From a virus (lineage: Duplodnaviria > Caudoviricetes): a stretch of DNA of 58,855 nt. Below are positions 9,072-18,670 of the stretch, piece by piece (position 1 is the stretch's first letter; each line of letters starts with the position of its first letter). The translations under genes were made by a program, and so were the position numbers. The stretch covers positions 1 through 58,855 of IMG/VR virus record IMGVR_UViG_3300036915_000009; one strand, written 5' to 3'. Below the pieces are notes generated by a model. It was not told the DNA's origin and made no database searches. It saw only the letters and a list, made by a program, of their open reading frames with translations.

Positions 9072-9374
9072 TCACTTCCGCGAGCTTCCGCGCAGCTCGG
9101 TTAGCGTCGCGCTCAACGTGCTCTCTAACCATGCGAACATACTTTTTACGGTTGAGGCGTGAACGACCATGAAGCGTTCTTCCCTCTTTGACTGCTCTAG
9201 CAAATTGGATTCGGTGCTTCGGAGCAAGCGCTCTGAGAGTTGCGAGTTCCTCTCCCTCAAGTCCGCGTTCAGCTTCCGCAAGCTCCAGATCCAAAGGGCC
9301 ATCACTACAAGCGCCCCATAGGGCCCGAGCACGAGCCCGATCCATTGCTCTAGCGATAGATCGGCGGAGGGCAT
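9072..9374 (-). CDS. Holin-like membrane protein
   Basis: N-terminal TM segment plus coiled coil; immediately after the endolysin. Confidence 0.5.
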   Translation of the reverse strand: MPSADLSLEQWIGLVLGPYGALVVMALWIWSLRKLNADLRERNSQLSERLLRSTESNLLEQSKREERFMVVHASTVKSMFAWLESTLSATLTELRGSSRK

Positions 9375-9380
9375 GAAGCT

Positions 9381-10190
9381 TCATGCTAGCATCCTTGTTT
9401 GTTGCACGATGCGATCGAGGTAGGAAGCCATCGGGAACTTTGAGCCGGGGTCGGTGTGGGTGCTTTTCCCCCACGCCTTGGTTACGTCCCAATGGGTCGT
9501 AATGCCCCACGCCCCATAGTAGATCTTAGTGGCGTCCACATAGCGGATCGGGATCCGGAAGCGTGAACAGAGCTGCGCCGAGAGCTGCGCCGAGAGATCG
9601 AGCATTCGCTGCGAAAATGGATCCTCCCACTGCGCCGAGCTCTGGCGAGAATAGCCGGCATGTTCAAGGCCGATTCCAACACGATTGGCACCCGGTGCGT
9701 GCCACGCGATCCGATCGGGAGGAACGCACGAGATCACCGTCCGATCGTCAATGCAGTAGTGGGCGCTAGCGCGCGGAGGTGGGCCCTTCTGCCCAGCGAA
9801 CCAGCGAGAGCAACTTTCTGCCGTCGTGGAAGCCTCCGGCGCTTCCATGACGTGGATCACGATCAGCCGCTTTTCTTGCGGACCGACCCAACGCGTCCAG
9901 TTCGCCGCCTCGATGTACGGCAGTGATCGGTGATCCTCTAGCGGCTCGATGACGACGCTGATCGGGGGCGCATCGATCATGGCGATCGTCTTAGGTCCGA
10001 CGATCCCATCTGGATCGAGTCCTCGCTCGGCTTGCCACGCGATCGTGAAGTTGTGCGTCTGCCCGCCGAACACCCCATCGACGAGGACCGGATACTCATC
10101 GCCTTCGAGCACCTCTTGCCAGCTGTAGACATCGTCGCCCGTGTCACCCTTGTGCAAGCGTGCTCGCCACTTGGTGTGATGGAGCTTCAT
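9381..10190 (-). CDS. Endolysin: peptidoglycan-binding domain plus N-acetylmuramoyl-L-alanine amidase
   Basis: DGVFGGQT...WQAERGLDPDGIVGPKT; IVIH, SAHY, AWHA, IGLE, H..DPG amidase motifs. Confidence 0.9.
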   Translation of the reverse strand: MKLHHTKWRARLHKGDTGDDVYSWQEVLEGDEYPVLVDGVFGGQTHNFTIAWQAERGLDPDGIVGPKTIAMIDAPPISVVIEPLEDHRSLPYIEAANWTRWVGPQEKRLIVIHVMEAPEASTTAESCSRWFAGQKGPPPRASAHYCIDDRTVISCVPPDRIAWHAPGANRVGIGLEHAGYSRQSSAQWEDPFSQRMLDLSAQLSAQLCSRFRIPIRYVDATKIYYGAWGITTHWDVTKAWGKSTHTDPGSKFPMASYLDRIVQQTRMLA

Positions 10191-10431
10191 GGCTCCTAAG
10201 GGTGCCAACCACTGGCGCGGATAGCAAAGGGAGAACCGGGAGCGCCGCCCCTAGGAACCAACGTCCACCATCCGTCGAGAGCACACCCTAACCAGGCGCG
10301 GAAAAGATGAGCTAACGAGCAGAACTGGAATCAATTCCGAGAGCAATGCCTCCCGGACTCCCTTCAAGCGTTCAAGGTACCGAGCGCGGTCCTGGCTCTC
10401 AAGCGATCGGCCGATCGGTGGTGCGCTTTGC

Positions 10432-10443
10432 GATCCATGGATC
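10432..10443. promoter_or_regulatory. Palindrome GATCCATGGATC, copy 2
   Basis: Extends to GCGATCCATGGATCGC; upstream of the lysis genes. Confidence 0.6.
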
Positions 10444-10447
10444 GCTT

Positions 10448-11224
10448 TTAGGTCCCGATCTCGAAGGGACCGTCGGGCAGTATATCGCCGGGAACAAAGT
10501 TGCTTCCGGTCGCATCGTTGCCGTCGCTACCGTGGTCGGTGATCGTTGTGAGCGAGTCGGTGTTGTCGAGCTTGAGCCATTTGTCGGGGGCGGGGGCCGT
10601 GGCTAGGTTGTTCAAATCAGGCGGAGCGCCGTTGTTGTAAACCTCGCCAACGTGCGTCGCGGTCAGCTCGCTTGTCCACATTGCCGCGTGGGCAAAGCGA
10701 GCCGTCGCTCTATTCGCTAGATCGCTGTAACCAGGGCGCCCGATGTACCAAGGCTCGCTTCCGATCAGGCTTGCTGGAGAGTCGTCAACGAGGACGCCGG
10801 TCGTTTTCTGGACGGCGTTGCGAAAGAAGCTGAAGTTTGCCGCCGTCGACCCGCTCGCCTTCGTGACTACGATATTGATCCATTCGTCGACGCCGACGAT
10901 CGGGCGGCAATCGGCATGTGCGATCTGTTTGTCGCCGCTTCTTTCGATCCAAACTGCACATTGTTCTGTAGGCGAAAGAGGGATCCCCGTGAAGCTCGCC
11001 GGAGTGGCAAGCTCTAGCGTGATGCCGAGGAAAGAACCGCTCATTTTCGAGAACGAGAGCGAACCGACGTCATCGAGGTTCTTGACCCAGATCGACCACG
11101 TGAAAGCATCACCATGATCGAAGTCGAGCACGTCACCCAAATTGATGGCTTGCGAGTTCGCGAAGCGGAAGCTGTAGCCTCGGGGTGGTCGCACACACCG
11201 GCCTTCGAATACGCCGAAGCTCAT
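10448..11224 (-). CDS. LamG/concanavalin A-like virion protein (receptor-binding candidate)
   Basis: AFTWSIWVK, EWINIVVT, AMWTSELTATHVGEVYN. Confidence 0.7.
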   Translation of the reverse strand: MSFGVFEGRCVRPPRGYSFRFANSQAINLGDVLDFDHGDAFTWSIWVKNLDDVGSLSFSKMSGSFLGITLELATPASFTGIPLSPTEQCAVWIERSGDKQIAHADCRPIVGVDEWINIVVTKASGSTAANFSFFRNAVQKTTGVLVDDSPASLIGSEPWYIGRPGYSDLANRATARFAHAAMWTSELTATHVGEVYNNGAPPDLNNLATAPAPDKWLKLDNTDSLTTITDHGSDGNDATGSNFVPGDILPDGPFEIGT

Positions 11225-12120
11225 GACGGGATCGGCTTTCGTGAATACCCTATGTAGCGGGCGAAGCTGACGGTGTTTGCGGACTGGTTGTCGATCTCGA
11301 CGGTCACATCGTTGCCGGAGACATCGACGGTGACCGAGTAATTGCCCCCGATCGGCTCCTCCACTGGCGCCTGCGCTGGCTGGTAGTGGATGACCGCCCC
11401 GCCACCGTCGCGATACGCCTCCACCTGCTGGCGGTAGGTGTAATACTCGACGGCCGTGGGGTCCTTGATCGTGACCTCCACCGTGATGGTGTACCAGTAG
11501 CCGTCTTCCAGTGTGAGAGCGACACTGTCCTGGGTGGAGGTCGCCATGTCGTCCCGATCGAAAGCGGTCGGGAGCACCAGCAACTCATAGCCATCACCCA
11601 GCTGGTAGGTGCTCTGCCCAGCCACATCGGCTAGGTCACTCAGCGCGCCAGCCCAGCCGTCAACTTCAAACTGGGCGACTTCGGTGCACACGATCTTGCG
11701 CGTGCTCAGCCCCGTGGGGATGTAAATTCCGCGTTCGTGAATGAGCGTCGGATCGGCAACCGCGGTGCCGTTCGGAAGCTGACGGACGCCGCCATTGACC
11801 ACGCACCGCAGGATCCAGGAGTGAACTCCGCTCGATGGCAGTGTGATCTGGACGGTTCCGTCGACCGTGGCGGGCGAAACCGTCTGCCCGTTCGTCGCGC
11901 CCACGATCGTCAGCTCCGGCGCGCCCTTGCTCGCCCGTGGCGGGTTGGCCGCAATGCCCAGATCAGGATCGAAGCCATCAGCATCGAACACCTGGAAGGC
12001 AACCGAGTTGACGCCCACCGGAGGCGAAGCGCGCAGCCCGATCGTCAGGACTTCGCTATTGGTGGCTGAATAGCCACGGTCGCCGCCGTCGGCGTTGATG
12101 TCGAATAGTGGGCTGGGCAC
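11221..12120 (-). CDS. Putative tail-associated structural protein
   Basis: Beta-rich 299 aa in the tail-fibre cluster; GGAGG RBS. Confidence 0.55.
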   Translation of the reverse strand: MPSPLFDINADGGDRGYSATNSEVLTIGLRASPPVGVNSVAFQVFDADGFDPDLGIAANPPRASKGAPELTIVGATNGQTVSPATVDGTVQITLPSSGVHSWILRCVVNGGVRQLPNGTAVADPTLIHERGIYIPTGLSTRKIVCTEVAQFEVDGWAGALSDLADVAGQSTYQLGDGYELLVLPTAFDRDDMATSTQDSVALTLEDGYWYTITVEVTIKDPTAVEYYTYRQQVEAYRDGGGAVIHYQPAQAPVEEPIGGNYSVTVDVSGNDVTVEIDNQSANTVSFARYIGYSRKPIPS

Positions 12121-12174
12121 GCGATCCTCCGCTGGTGAAAAACCCGCGCCCGGCTTTCGCGGTTCAGCCTACCA

Positions 12175-12519
12175 TCAGGCGCGCGTTCGGTCGCCGGCAA
12201 TGTCCAACGTCAGCGAGCCAAACCATTGGTTGTGAAATTGCTCGGCGAGGCGCACGAGGTGCGAGCCCCCTTCACGGGGCAGGAACGTAAGCCCGGACGG
12301 CTGAAAGCGCCGGAACACGGTGCGAGTCACCTGCTCGCCGCTCGGCCCGGTTACTGTGAATTCCAGCGGCAAGACCACGCCCTCGGGCAACGTGGCGGAG
12401 TAGTCGACCGAGATCAGCACTGGCGTGAAGGTCTGCAGCAACTGATCGCTATCGGTCAGAGTGACGCGGATCCGATCCTCGCCATAGTAGCTCGGCGAGA
12501 TCTCATCGAGGAAGCTCAT
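12175..12519 (-). CDS. Hypothetical Ig-like structural protein
   Basis: ATGA-coupled; FTVTGPSG...FLPREGGSHLVRL. Confidence 0.55.
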   Translation of the reverse strand: MSFLDEISPSYYGEDRIRVTLTDSDQLLQTFTPVLISVDYSATLPEGVVLPLEFTVTGPSGEQVTRTVFRRFQPSGLTFLPREGGSHLVRLAEQFHNQWFGSLTLDIAGDRTRA

Positions 12520-12896
12520 GGGTCCACCACATCCAGGTGCATGAAGACTCGGCCATGGTTGGGGCGCGCGAGCACGATCGTGTAATGACCGGCAGCTGTA
12601 GGCGTGAAGGTTTGCACGCTGGACTGACCAGCGGCGCCCGTGAACACCGGGATCGTCGTGAAAGGCCACTCCACCGGCGTCGCAGTGAACAGCTCTCCGC
12701 CTAGGTTCGAGTCCACCTCACCCGCTACGCCATCGACTGATGCCGTCACAGTGATGGGCGTGCCCGTCGTGCCCACGCGGCGACGGTGAGGCAGGTTCGC
12801 CGCGGTGTTGGTGCGATCCGGCTTACTCGCGGTGGCCGGATCACTCCAGACGGCGGAGGTCACTCCCGAGGTGAATGCAACGGTAAAGTCAGCCAT
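12516..12896 (-). CDS. Hypothetical Ig-like structural protein
   Basis: Beta-rich; QTFTPTAAGHYTIVL. Confidence 0.55.
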   Translation of the reverse strand: MADFTVAFTSGVTSAVWSDPATASKPDRTNTAANLPHRRRVGTTGTPITVTASVDGVAGEVDSNLGGELFTATPVEWPFTTIPVFTGAAGQSSVQTFTPTAAGHYTIVLARPNHGRVFMHLDVVDP

Positions 12897-12912
12897 GGCG
12901 GCGCCGGCCCCT

Positions 12913-13197
12913 TCAGTCCTGTGCTACGTCCGGATCTTCCTCGTCGCGTTGCACGGTCAACGCCCCGAAGGCCTCCCGAGTGGCGCGGAGATCGTCGATC
13001 TTTTCCTGGCACTTCACCCGCTCCGCTTCCAGTGCCGCCACATGCTTGCTCAGCTTCGCGATTTGGCGATCGAGGGTTTGGATGTCCAGCAGCTGCACCG
13101 AGGTCCCGAGCGTCACCACCGCGTGCCGGCTACCAATGCGCCGCAGCTTCGGGGGGATGTGATCGCCGACGCGGGCAAGCTTCTTCTTCGTGGCCAT
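12913..13197 (-). CDS. Coiled-coil hypothetical protein
   Basis: Heptad pattern; in operon. Confidence 0.55.
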   Translation of the reverse strand: MATKKKLARVGDHIPPKLRRIGSRHAVVTLGTSVQLLDIQTLDRQIAKLSKHVAALEAERVKCQEKIDDLRATREAFGALTVQRDEEDPDVAQD

Positions 13198-13200
13198 GGT

Positions 13201-14229
13201 CTACAGAACCTCCTGTGTTTGACGCATCCGATTGCGCCGATAGGTCACCGACACCGAGAGAACGTCCAGCTGATCGTCGAACGAATCCGTTCCCGACTCG
13301 CCAATGATGCGGATCTTGATCCGATGACCGCTGACGATGGTGTGTGAGAGCGAGCCGACCGTGATGTCGTGCGCCGCATCATAGGCGGCTTGGCTTGCTG
13401 GCGCGTCCGTCGTGGATCCGAGCGCGCTGGAGGTGCCCGTGCTCTGGGTGATGTCGTCCACGAACACCTGCGGCGGAAACTCTGGGATGTCGGAGTGGGT
13501 GCCACCAGCAACTCTCACGGTTACGCTCTCCAGCACATCGCCAGGGCTCAGGCGAATCGGCATTGAGAGCTGCTTCGCTATGCTGGTGTCGGAGTTGACC
13601 CAGCGGAGGCCAGACATCACCCAACCAACCGTTGCCGAGCTGCCCGCCTGCGTTGCGACGCCGTCCTCGAGTGGCACGTATCCGGTGCGAACGCTCGGCA
13701 CATCGATCTGAATGGTTTCCTGCTCGCCGATCAGGAAGGTGGCGGTCGATTTTACGTCCAGCGTTGCCGTCGAGAGTAGGCTGGTGGTCGTTCCGGCCCC
13801 GAGTTGCAAAGCACCTGTGGCGCCTTGTTCGAGCAGAAAGGTGGCGCCGTTCTCGATCGTCAGATCACTGCCGAGTTCGAAAAGCACGGCTCCGCCATCT
13901 TCGACGGTTACCAATCCACCGCTTCCGACGGCGGCATCCCCGTCGATCGTCAGCAGGCCGCCTGCCTCCACCAGCAACTCTGCAGTGGACTCGATGACGA
14001 GGTTTGCGGTGCCGAGCACGGTCAGCTCGCCGCCGGCAACGATGTCGATATCATCGCTGTCCAGGCGGACATCGTCGCCCGTGAAGATGAGCGGAGCGCT
14101 CAGGCTGTAGGTGCCGCCTGCAGCACCATCAACGGCCTTGAGTAGCTCGGTTTGCAGATGGGTGACCTGGGTTGAGGTCAGGAGATCCTGCAGCGCCCAG
14201 CCGCCGCTTTTCGCTGCTGTCAGTGTCAT
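13201..14229 (-). CDS. Putative tail fibre / baseplate-attached protein
   Basis: Follows the gp48-like gene; LTV/LTI-GG beta-helix-like repeats then a beta-sandwich-like C-terminus. Confidence 0.55.
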   Translation of the reverse strand: MTLTAAKSGGWALQDLLTSTQVTHLQTELLKAVDGAAGGTYSLSAPLIFTGDDVRLDSDDIDIVAGGELTVLGTANLVIESTAELLVEAGGLLTIDGDAAVGSGGLVTVEDGGAVLFELGSDLTIENGATFLLEQGATGALQLGAGTTTSLLSTATLDVKSTATFLIGEQETIQIDVPSVRTGYVPLEDGVATQAGSSATVGWVMSGLRWVNSDTSIAKQLSMPIRLSPGDVLESVTVRVAGGTHSDIPEFPPQVFVDDITQSTGTSSALGSTTDAPASQAAYDAAHDITVGSLSHTIVSGHRIKIRIIGESGTDSFDDQLDVLSVSVTYRRNRMRQTQEVL

Positions 14230-14239
14230 CGTTCGATCC

Positions 14240-14947
14240 TCATGATCCGAAGCTCGTTAGGTCCAGCAGGTCGACGTCCAGCACGAAGCCGACGCTGGTG
14301 GTGGTGCCGAAGCGTTCCCAGGCTGGGAGCATATCACCGAGCAGCTTGTTCGCGGCGATCAACGCTTTCTTGTCCGCTGTGCTCGGCGCCACGCCCGCGC
14401 CAATGTCCAGCAGGACGAACCAAATGTAATCTTGGGCGTAGTTGGGCAGACGGCTCGACTTGCGCCCGCCTCCGAACGGCTCGCTCGCTGTGTAGTCCTC
14501 GAATGCTCGACCGGGATGGGTGGTGTCGGTCTTGGCTCGGTTGATGGTCAGTACCGCGAAACGCGGATCGATGCGCTGGAGCTCCGCCTCCACGTTGGGC
14601 ACGGTGGCCTCGGGGTTGCGCCGATAGCGCCGGGCAATCGTGGCTCGGCGCTCCTCGGTACTGTCGGCGGGGCTGCTCGTGGTCAGAAACAGCCGCTCAT
14701 AGTAATTGAGCAGGTCGGTCGCCAGCGACGGGAACACCTGCAGCACCGCGCGCTCGCCGAACGTGCTCGCTGCGCCGATGCCGACGGCTTTCGCTTGGCG
14801 CCACAAGCCGTCGACGGTGTTGTCTTCATTGTCGGCGGCGCCCCCTTTGCCCGCGTTCGCGCGCAACGCGAGGTAGACGGTCTCGATGGCCGTCTCGCCG
14901 CCACCGAACTCGATGGGAAAGGGGTTATGCCAGCCGAACCCGCCCAT
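14240..14947 (-). CDS. Baseplate wedge protein (Mu gp48-like)
   Basis: FPSLATDLLNYYERLF...EERRATI...LPAW; position after baseplate J. Confidence 0.65.
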   Translation of the reverse strand: MGGFGWHNPFPIEFGGGETAIETVYLALRANAGKGGAADNEDNTVDGLWRQAKAVGIGAASTFGERAVLQVFPSLATDLLNYYERLFLTTSSPADSTEERRATIARRYRRNPEATVPNVEAELQRIDPRFAVLTINRAKTDTTHPGRAFEDYTASEPFGGGRKSSRLPNYAQDYIWFVLLDIGAGVAPSTADKKALIAANKLLGDMLPAWERFGTTTSVGFVLDVDLLDLTSFGS

Positions 14948-14950
14948 GCA

Positions 14951-15451
14951 TCAGCCGATCCAGATGGCGACGTCGTTGCCGTCTTCCAGCGCGTCCGATG
15001 CATCGAACACGCAAACCTTCACGCCGTTGGCGGTGCCGGACAGCGGCGTCACCATGACCGACTTGCGTACCGCAAGGCTGGGCGTCACCACGACGCCAAA
15101 GCCCCACGAGAAGCTGAGCGCCACCGAGTTGCCGTCCTTGTCCGTCACCGGCGTGGTGTATTCCACATCGTAGTTCCCCGTGGCCTGTTTGGTCAGGCTC
15201 GGATCGTTGAAGGGTGAAGCAGTCAAGCCGGAGGGGTTCCACGCTTCGGCGCGCGAGATGACCGCGGGCGAGGTGTCGGCACTGAAGCTCAGAAACGCCA
15301 GCGGCGTCACGACGCCCAAGCCGGCGAGCTGAAACTTCATGAGATTGAACCGCGCCGCCGAAAGTGCTCTCGACGGGTCGCGAACCGGGTACACGTCCAC
15401 CGCATCGGGGCCGAGAGCGGCAAGGTCTGGACGGTTCGGGAAGCTAGTCAT
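14951..15451 (-). CDS. Hypothetical baseplate-region protein
   Basis: ORF between baseplate genes. Confidence 0.55.
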   Translation of the reverse strand: MTSFPNRPDLAALGPDAVDVYPVRDPSRALSAARFNLMKFQLAGLGVVTPLAFLSFSADTSPAVISRAEAWNPSGLTASPFNDPSLTKQATGNYDVEYTTPVTDKDGNSVALSFSWGFGVVVTPSLAVRKSVMVTPLSGTANGVKVCVFDASDALEDGNDVAIWIG

Positions 15452-15465
15452 GCGGGGGGCGCCTT

Positions 15466-17043
15466 TCAGAAGGGATACACAGCAAACTTACCCGCCACGA
15501 GCAGGCTCGGGCCATCGACGGGATCGGTGGGTAGAGTCGGCTCGGAAGTGCTGACGCTCGCCAGCGTGACATCGGTCAGAGCGGAGCCGAGAGCATCGGA
15601 AAGGAAGCTCGTGACCCCTTGCCCCGCCCGCGAGGGGTATTCCTCCGACGGCACCGGATTGCGGAACGCGCGCGAGCCGAGTTCGCTGCTGTCAAGATCC
15701 ACCACTTCACCCGGGCCAAGCGAATCGAAGTAAGCTGACACTGCCTCGTCCACGAGAGTACGGCGCGACATCTCGGGCGATACATAATCCCCGACGGTAA
15801 GGGTCTTGGATGGCGCGGTGCCGAGCAGCACGCGATAGATGCCGCCGCCAAGATCCTCCACTGAGGTCACGTCCAGCGCGACGAACTGGCTGACGGCGTC
15901 GTCCCATACCATCAGCGATACTCCAGCGAGCGGACCCGAAACGGCGCCAGGGAGCTGCCCAGCCGCTCCGGTGGTGATCCGGATGTCCTGCTGAGTGGTG
16001 ACGGTCGTGATCTGGATCGCCGCGGTGCCGTTGATGGGAGGGAAGGGGGTGGCATCCGCCCAGCCAGCGGTGGATCCGAACGCTTGATCGAGCTGCAGCA
16101 CCATGTTCGTGCTCTCGGCAACTGGAGGCACCACCACGACCAACACATGACCCGGGAACAGCGCCGAGCCCGGCGGCACGATGAAGCTGACCACCGCCTG
16201 CAGCGTCGAAAGCCCCGGGATGCGTGCATTGGGGCCAGTGCCGCTGCCTCGCTTGGCGGTGATGGCAACCAGGACGCTGCCAGCATTCAACGCGCAGGGG
16301 TAGACGAACGCATCCTCCACCGAGTTCGCGGCCGCCCGAGCGAACCCGCGGATGTGACTCCAGTTGCCGCTGGCTGGCTTGTGACGGATGCGAGCGGACA
16401 AGCGCGGGGCGAAGTCGGCATCTGTCTCGGCATCGATGCCGCCTTGCATGTCCGCCGTAACGGTCGCAGTGGGCGCGCTGCCCGTCGGGGGGTTAACCCA
16501 TGTGATGACCGCATCCGCCGAAAGGTTCGTCGCGTCGCCACCGTCGAGCGCAACGATTGCCACAGTGGCCTCACCGTTGGCGTCCGCCGTTGCGCTGACC
16601 ACCACCTGATAGCGATTCCCCGCGCTATCGGTGCCGACCGTGGCCAATGGATCGGGAAGCGATGTGGAGCCTTGCCACACGGTGCCCGCGTTGCCTGTTG
16701 CCGCGACGGTACCGCTCGCGCCGAAGGCGGGTAGGTACTCCTCGCCCCAGAAGCTCGCGTGATAGTTGCGAAGGAAGGCCGAGCCAGCTCGATCGATCCG
16801 CAGCTGCTGGGCCAGAAATTCATCGCGCTTCTGAGTGCCGAGCAGCGCAATATCGATGGCTTCCGCTTCGCGATAGAAGCGACTCCCTCTAGCCGTTGAT
16901 CTTCGGATCGTGTCTTCAGTGAACGGCGCGCCTGTGTTCAGATCGTCGAGCAGGCGCAGACCCTCACGATGTTCGCGCAGGATGATCTCGCGAACCTCGC
17001 CGCGACGATAGACAACAAACTCGCGCTCGGCCGGCGTCGTCAT
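15466..17043 (-). CDS. Baseplate J-like protein (Mu gp47)
   Basis: ASGTVAATG...GGIDAETDADF..RL..RIRHKPASGN...AFVYP...GSVLV. Confidence 0.85.
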   Translation of the reverse strand: MTTPAEREFVVYRRGEVREIILREHREGLRLLDDLNTGAPFTEDTIRRSTARGSRFYREAEAIDIALLGTQKRDEFLAQQLRIDRAGSAFLRNYHASFWGEEYLPAFGASGTVAATGNAGTVWQGSTSLPDPLATVGTDSAGNRYQVVVSATADANGEATVAIVALDGGDATNLSADAVITWVNPPTGSAPTATVTADMQGGIDAETDADFAPRLSARIRHKPASGNWSHIRGFARAAANSVEDAFVYPCALNAGSVLVAITAKRGSGTGPNARIPGLSTLQAVVSFIVPPGSALFPGHVLVVVVPPVAESTNMVLQLDQAFGSTAGWADATPFPPINGTAAIQITTVTTQQDIRITTGAAGQLPGAVSGPLAGVSLMVWDDAVSQFVALDVTSVEDLGGGIYRVLLGTAPSKTLTVGDYVSPEMSRRTLVDEAVSAYFDSLGPGEVVDLDSSELGSRAFRNPVPSEEYPSRAGQGVTSFLSDALGSALTDVTLASVSTSEPTLPTDPVDGPSLLVAGKFAVYPF

Positions 17044-17306
17044 GGTCGGCCCCCGCCGTTGCCCGGATCATCGGGCCGCCCTTGGCGCCAAATCGCGAGC
17101 GCTGCGTTCTCGTTGGCGGTTTCGGGCAAGAGCACGTTGCGCACCTGGTAGCGATCGGGTCCGTTCTGGCTGACTCCGTTTGAGAAACGGATGCGCTCGA
17201 ATTCTGGCTCGGCGTCGTGCCTATCGTTGAACACGATCGCAATGTCGACGCGACCGAACACGCCGCCGCCGAGGTCTTCCATATGGCTTGGGTACCAGAT
17301 GATCAT
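17040..17306 (-). CDS. Hypothetical protein
   Basis: ATGA-coupled on both sides. Confidence 0.55.
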   Translation of the reverse strand: MIIWYPSHMEDLGGGVFGRVDIAIVFNDRHDAEPEFERIRFSNGVSQNGPDRYQVRNVLLPETANENAALAIWRQGRPDDPGNGGGRP

Positions 17307-18073
17307 ACGGTCGGATCCTCGAAGCCGTAGAAGAAATCGCGCGTCCCTTCGGTTGGGATCGTTAGATCCATATAGATGTTGGCAAAGGCCATGCCCTTTC
17401 GCGCGACGCCTTGGAAACAAGCAATGTATGCGTCCGGGCTCGCCGATTGCAGCGTCGAGGGAATGGTGCCGCTGCCACCGGTGCTAGTTTCCTCGCCGCG
17501 GTCGACGAAGTACTTTAGCCGATTGCTTGCTGCCAAAAGCCCGTTGTAGACGACCTCGACGAAATGGTCGCCTGTATCGGGCAACGCTGGGAAGACGAGG
17601 GTTCCGAAAGTGACCATGCTTTCCGCGAGCGTGAAAACATACTCGTTCGTTGTGTTGCGCGCGAACTGCCAAAGCTCGTCGGAAGAGTCCCACTGCGACC
17701 AAAAGTTGCGATTTTGTGTGGTGCCGTCTTGCATCCACGCCGCCCAATAGAACGACGTGGTCGGCGTCATCTTCGCAACGCTGGGAGCCTGCAAGAAGTC
17801 TTGTGTGCCGTCGAAGCTTATCCGTGCAGGCGGACCTGCAATGTATGTTGGCTGCGAAGAGCCAACCGCTTGTGTGAATGTGACCGAGCTTGATCCGGCT
17901 TGGTCTTCCATGGAGGCGACCGTCGAAGCGAAAGCATGCCCGCGGCTCGCTGACAGCCACATTCCATTTGTCGTTAACAGATCGGCGGGAGTGGCGATCG
18001 CGCCGCCGCCCGACTCGTAAATGCGGCGGCGCTTTGCCTCTACAATGCCCCTATGCTTCGGCAGATACAGCAT
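17303..18073 (-). CDS. LamG-like virion protein
   Basis: WLSAS...DQAG...QPTY...ISFDGTQDFL...HFVEVVYNG. Confidence 0.6.
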   Translation of the reverse strand: MLYLPKHRGIVEAKRRRIYESGGGAIATPADLLTTNGMWLSASRGHAFASTVASMEDQAGSSSVTFTQAVGSSQPTYIAGPPARISFDGTQDFLQAPSVAKMTPTTSFYWAAWMQDGTTQNRNFWSQWDSSDELWQFARNTTNEYVFTLAESMVTFGTLVFPALPDTGDHFVEVVYNGLLAASNRLKYFVDRGEETSTGGSGTIPSTLQSASPDAYIACFQGVARKGMAFANIYMDLTIPTEGTRDFFYGFEDPTV

Positions 18074-18079
18074 TCGTGG

Positions 18080-18670
18080 TTAGCCGTTGCGCTCGAAGCC
18101 GTCGATCTCGACGGTCAGCCGCCCCGTGCCACCAGCGCCCATCAAGATCTCGTTTGAAACGAGGATTCCTTCCTCGTTCTCCAGCACGCAAATCGGATGG
18201 TCCGGATCCTCGCGCTGCTCATCGATGAATCCTTTGTAAAGCAGCGATGAGTCCGCAAGCTCGCTAAATGAACCCTGCAGCAGCTGAGCACCGATCGTTT
18301 GGGTGCCGGCGGTGAGCGCGCCCGTCGTCCCGATGCGAGCGGACAAGCCACTGGCCGCGAACTCGGGCGAGCGAGCGAGCGCAGTGATGGCAGTGCCGCC
18401 CGTGTGCGCTGCGCTGTAGCTCGTCAGCTTGAACGCGGCGAGCGCCATCTCCTGAGCCGCAGTGAAGCCCGCGATCGTCTGCCAGTAGACCCGGAGCCGA
18501 GTCACCGCGAACACCTTAGACGCGCTCGCGAAACGCGCCGCAAACACATGCCCAGCGCTCGCGGTGCGAGCGGCTACCGTCGTCAGGAGCCCGCTTACAC
18601 CCACGATCGAATAGAACGCGTCCCGGGCGATGCGATTCGGATCTCGAACGTAGCTGGGCGTCACCGCCAT
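18080..18670 (-). CDS. Virion protein, paralog A
   Basis: Colinear paralog of 18671-19240. Confidence 0.7.
   Translation of the reverse strand: MAVTPSYVRDPNRIARDAFYSIVGVSGLLTTVAARTASAGHVFAARFASASKVFAVTRLRVYWQTIAGFTAAQEMALAAFKLTSYSAAHTGGTAITALARSPEFAASGLSARIGTTGALTAGTQTIGAQLLQGSFSELADSSLLYKGFIDEQREDPDHPICVLENEEGILVSNEILMGAGGTGRLTVEIDGFERNG

Noticed and set aside
10191-10447. Possible tRNA or ncRNA in the gap before the endolysin
   Set aside because: No cloverleaf or T-loop consensus seen; only short palindromes
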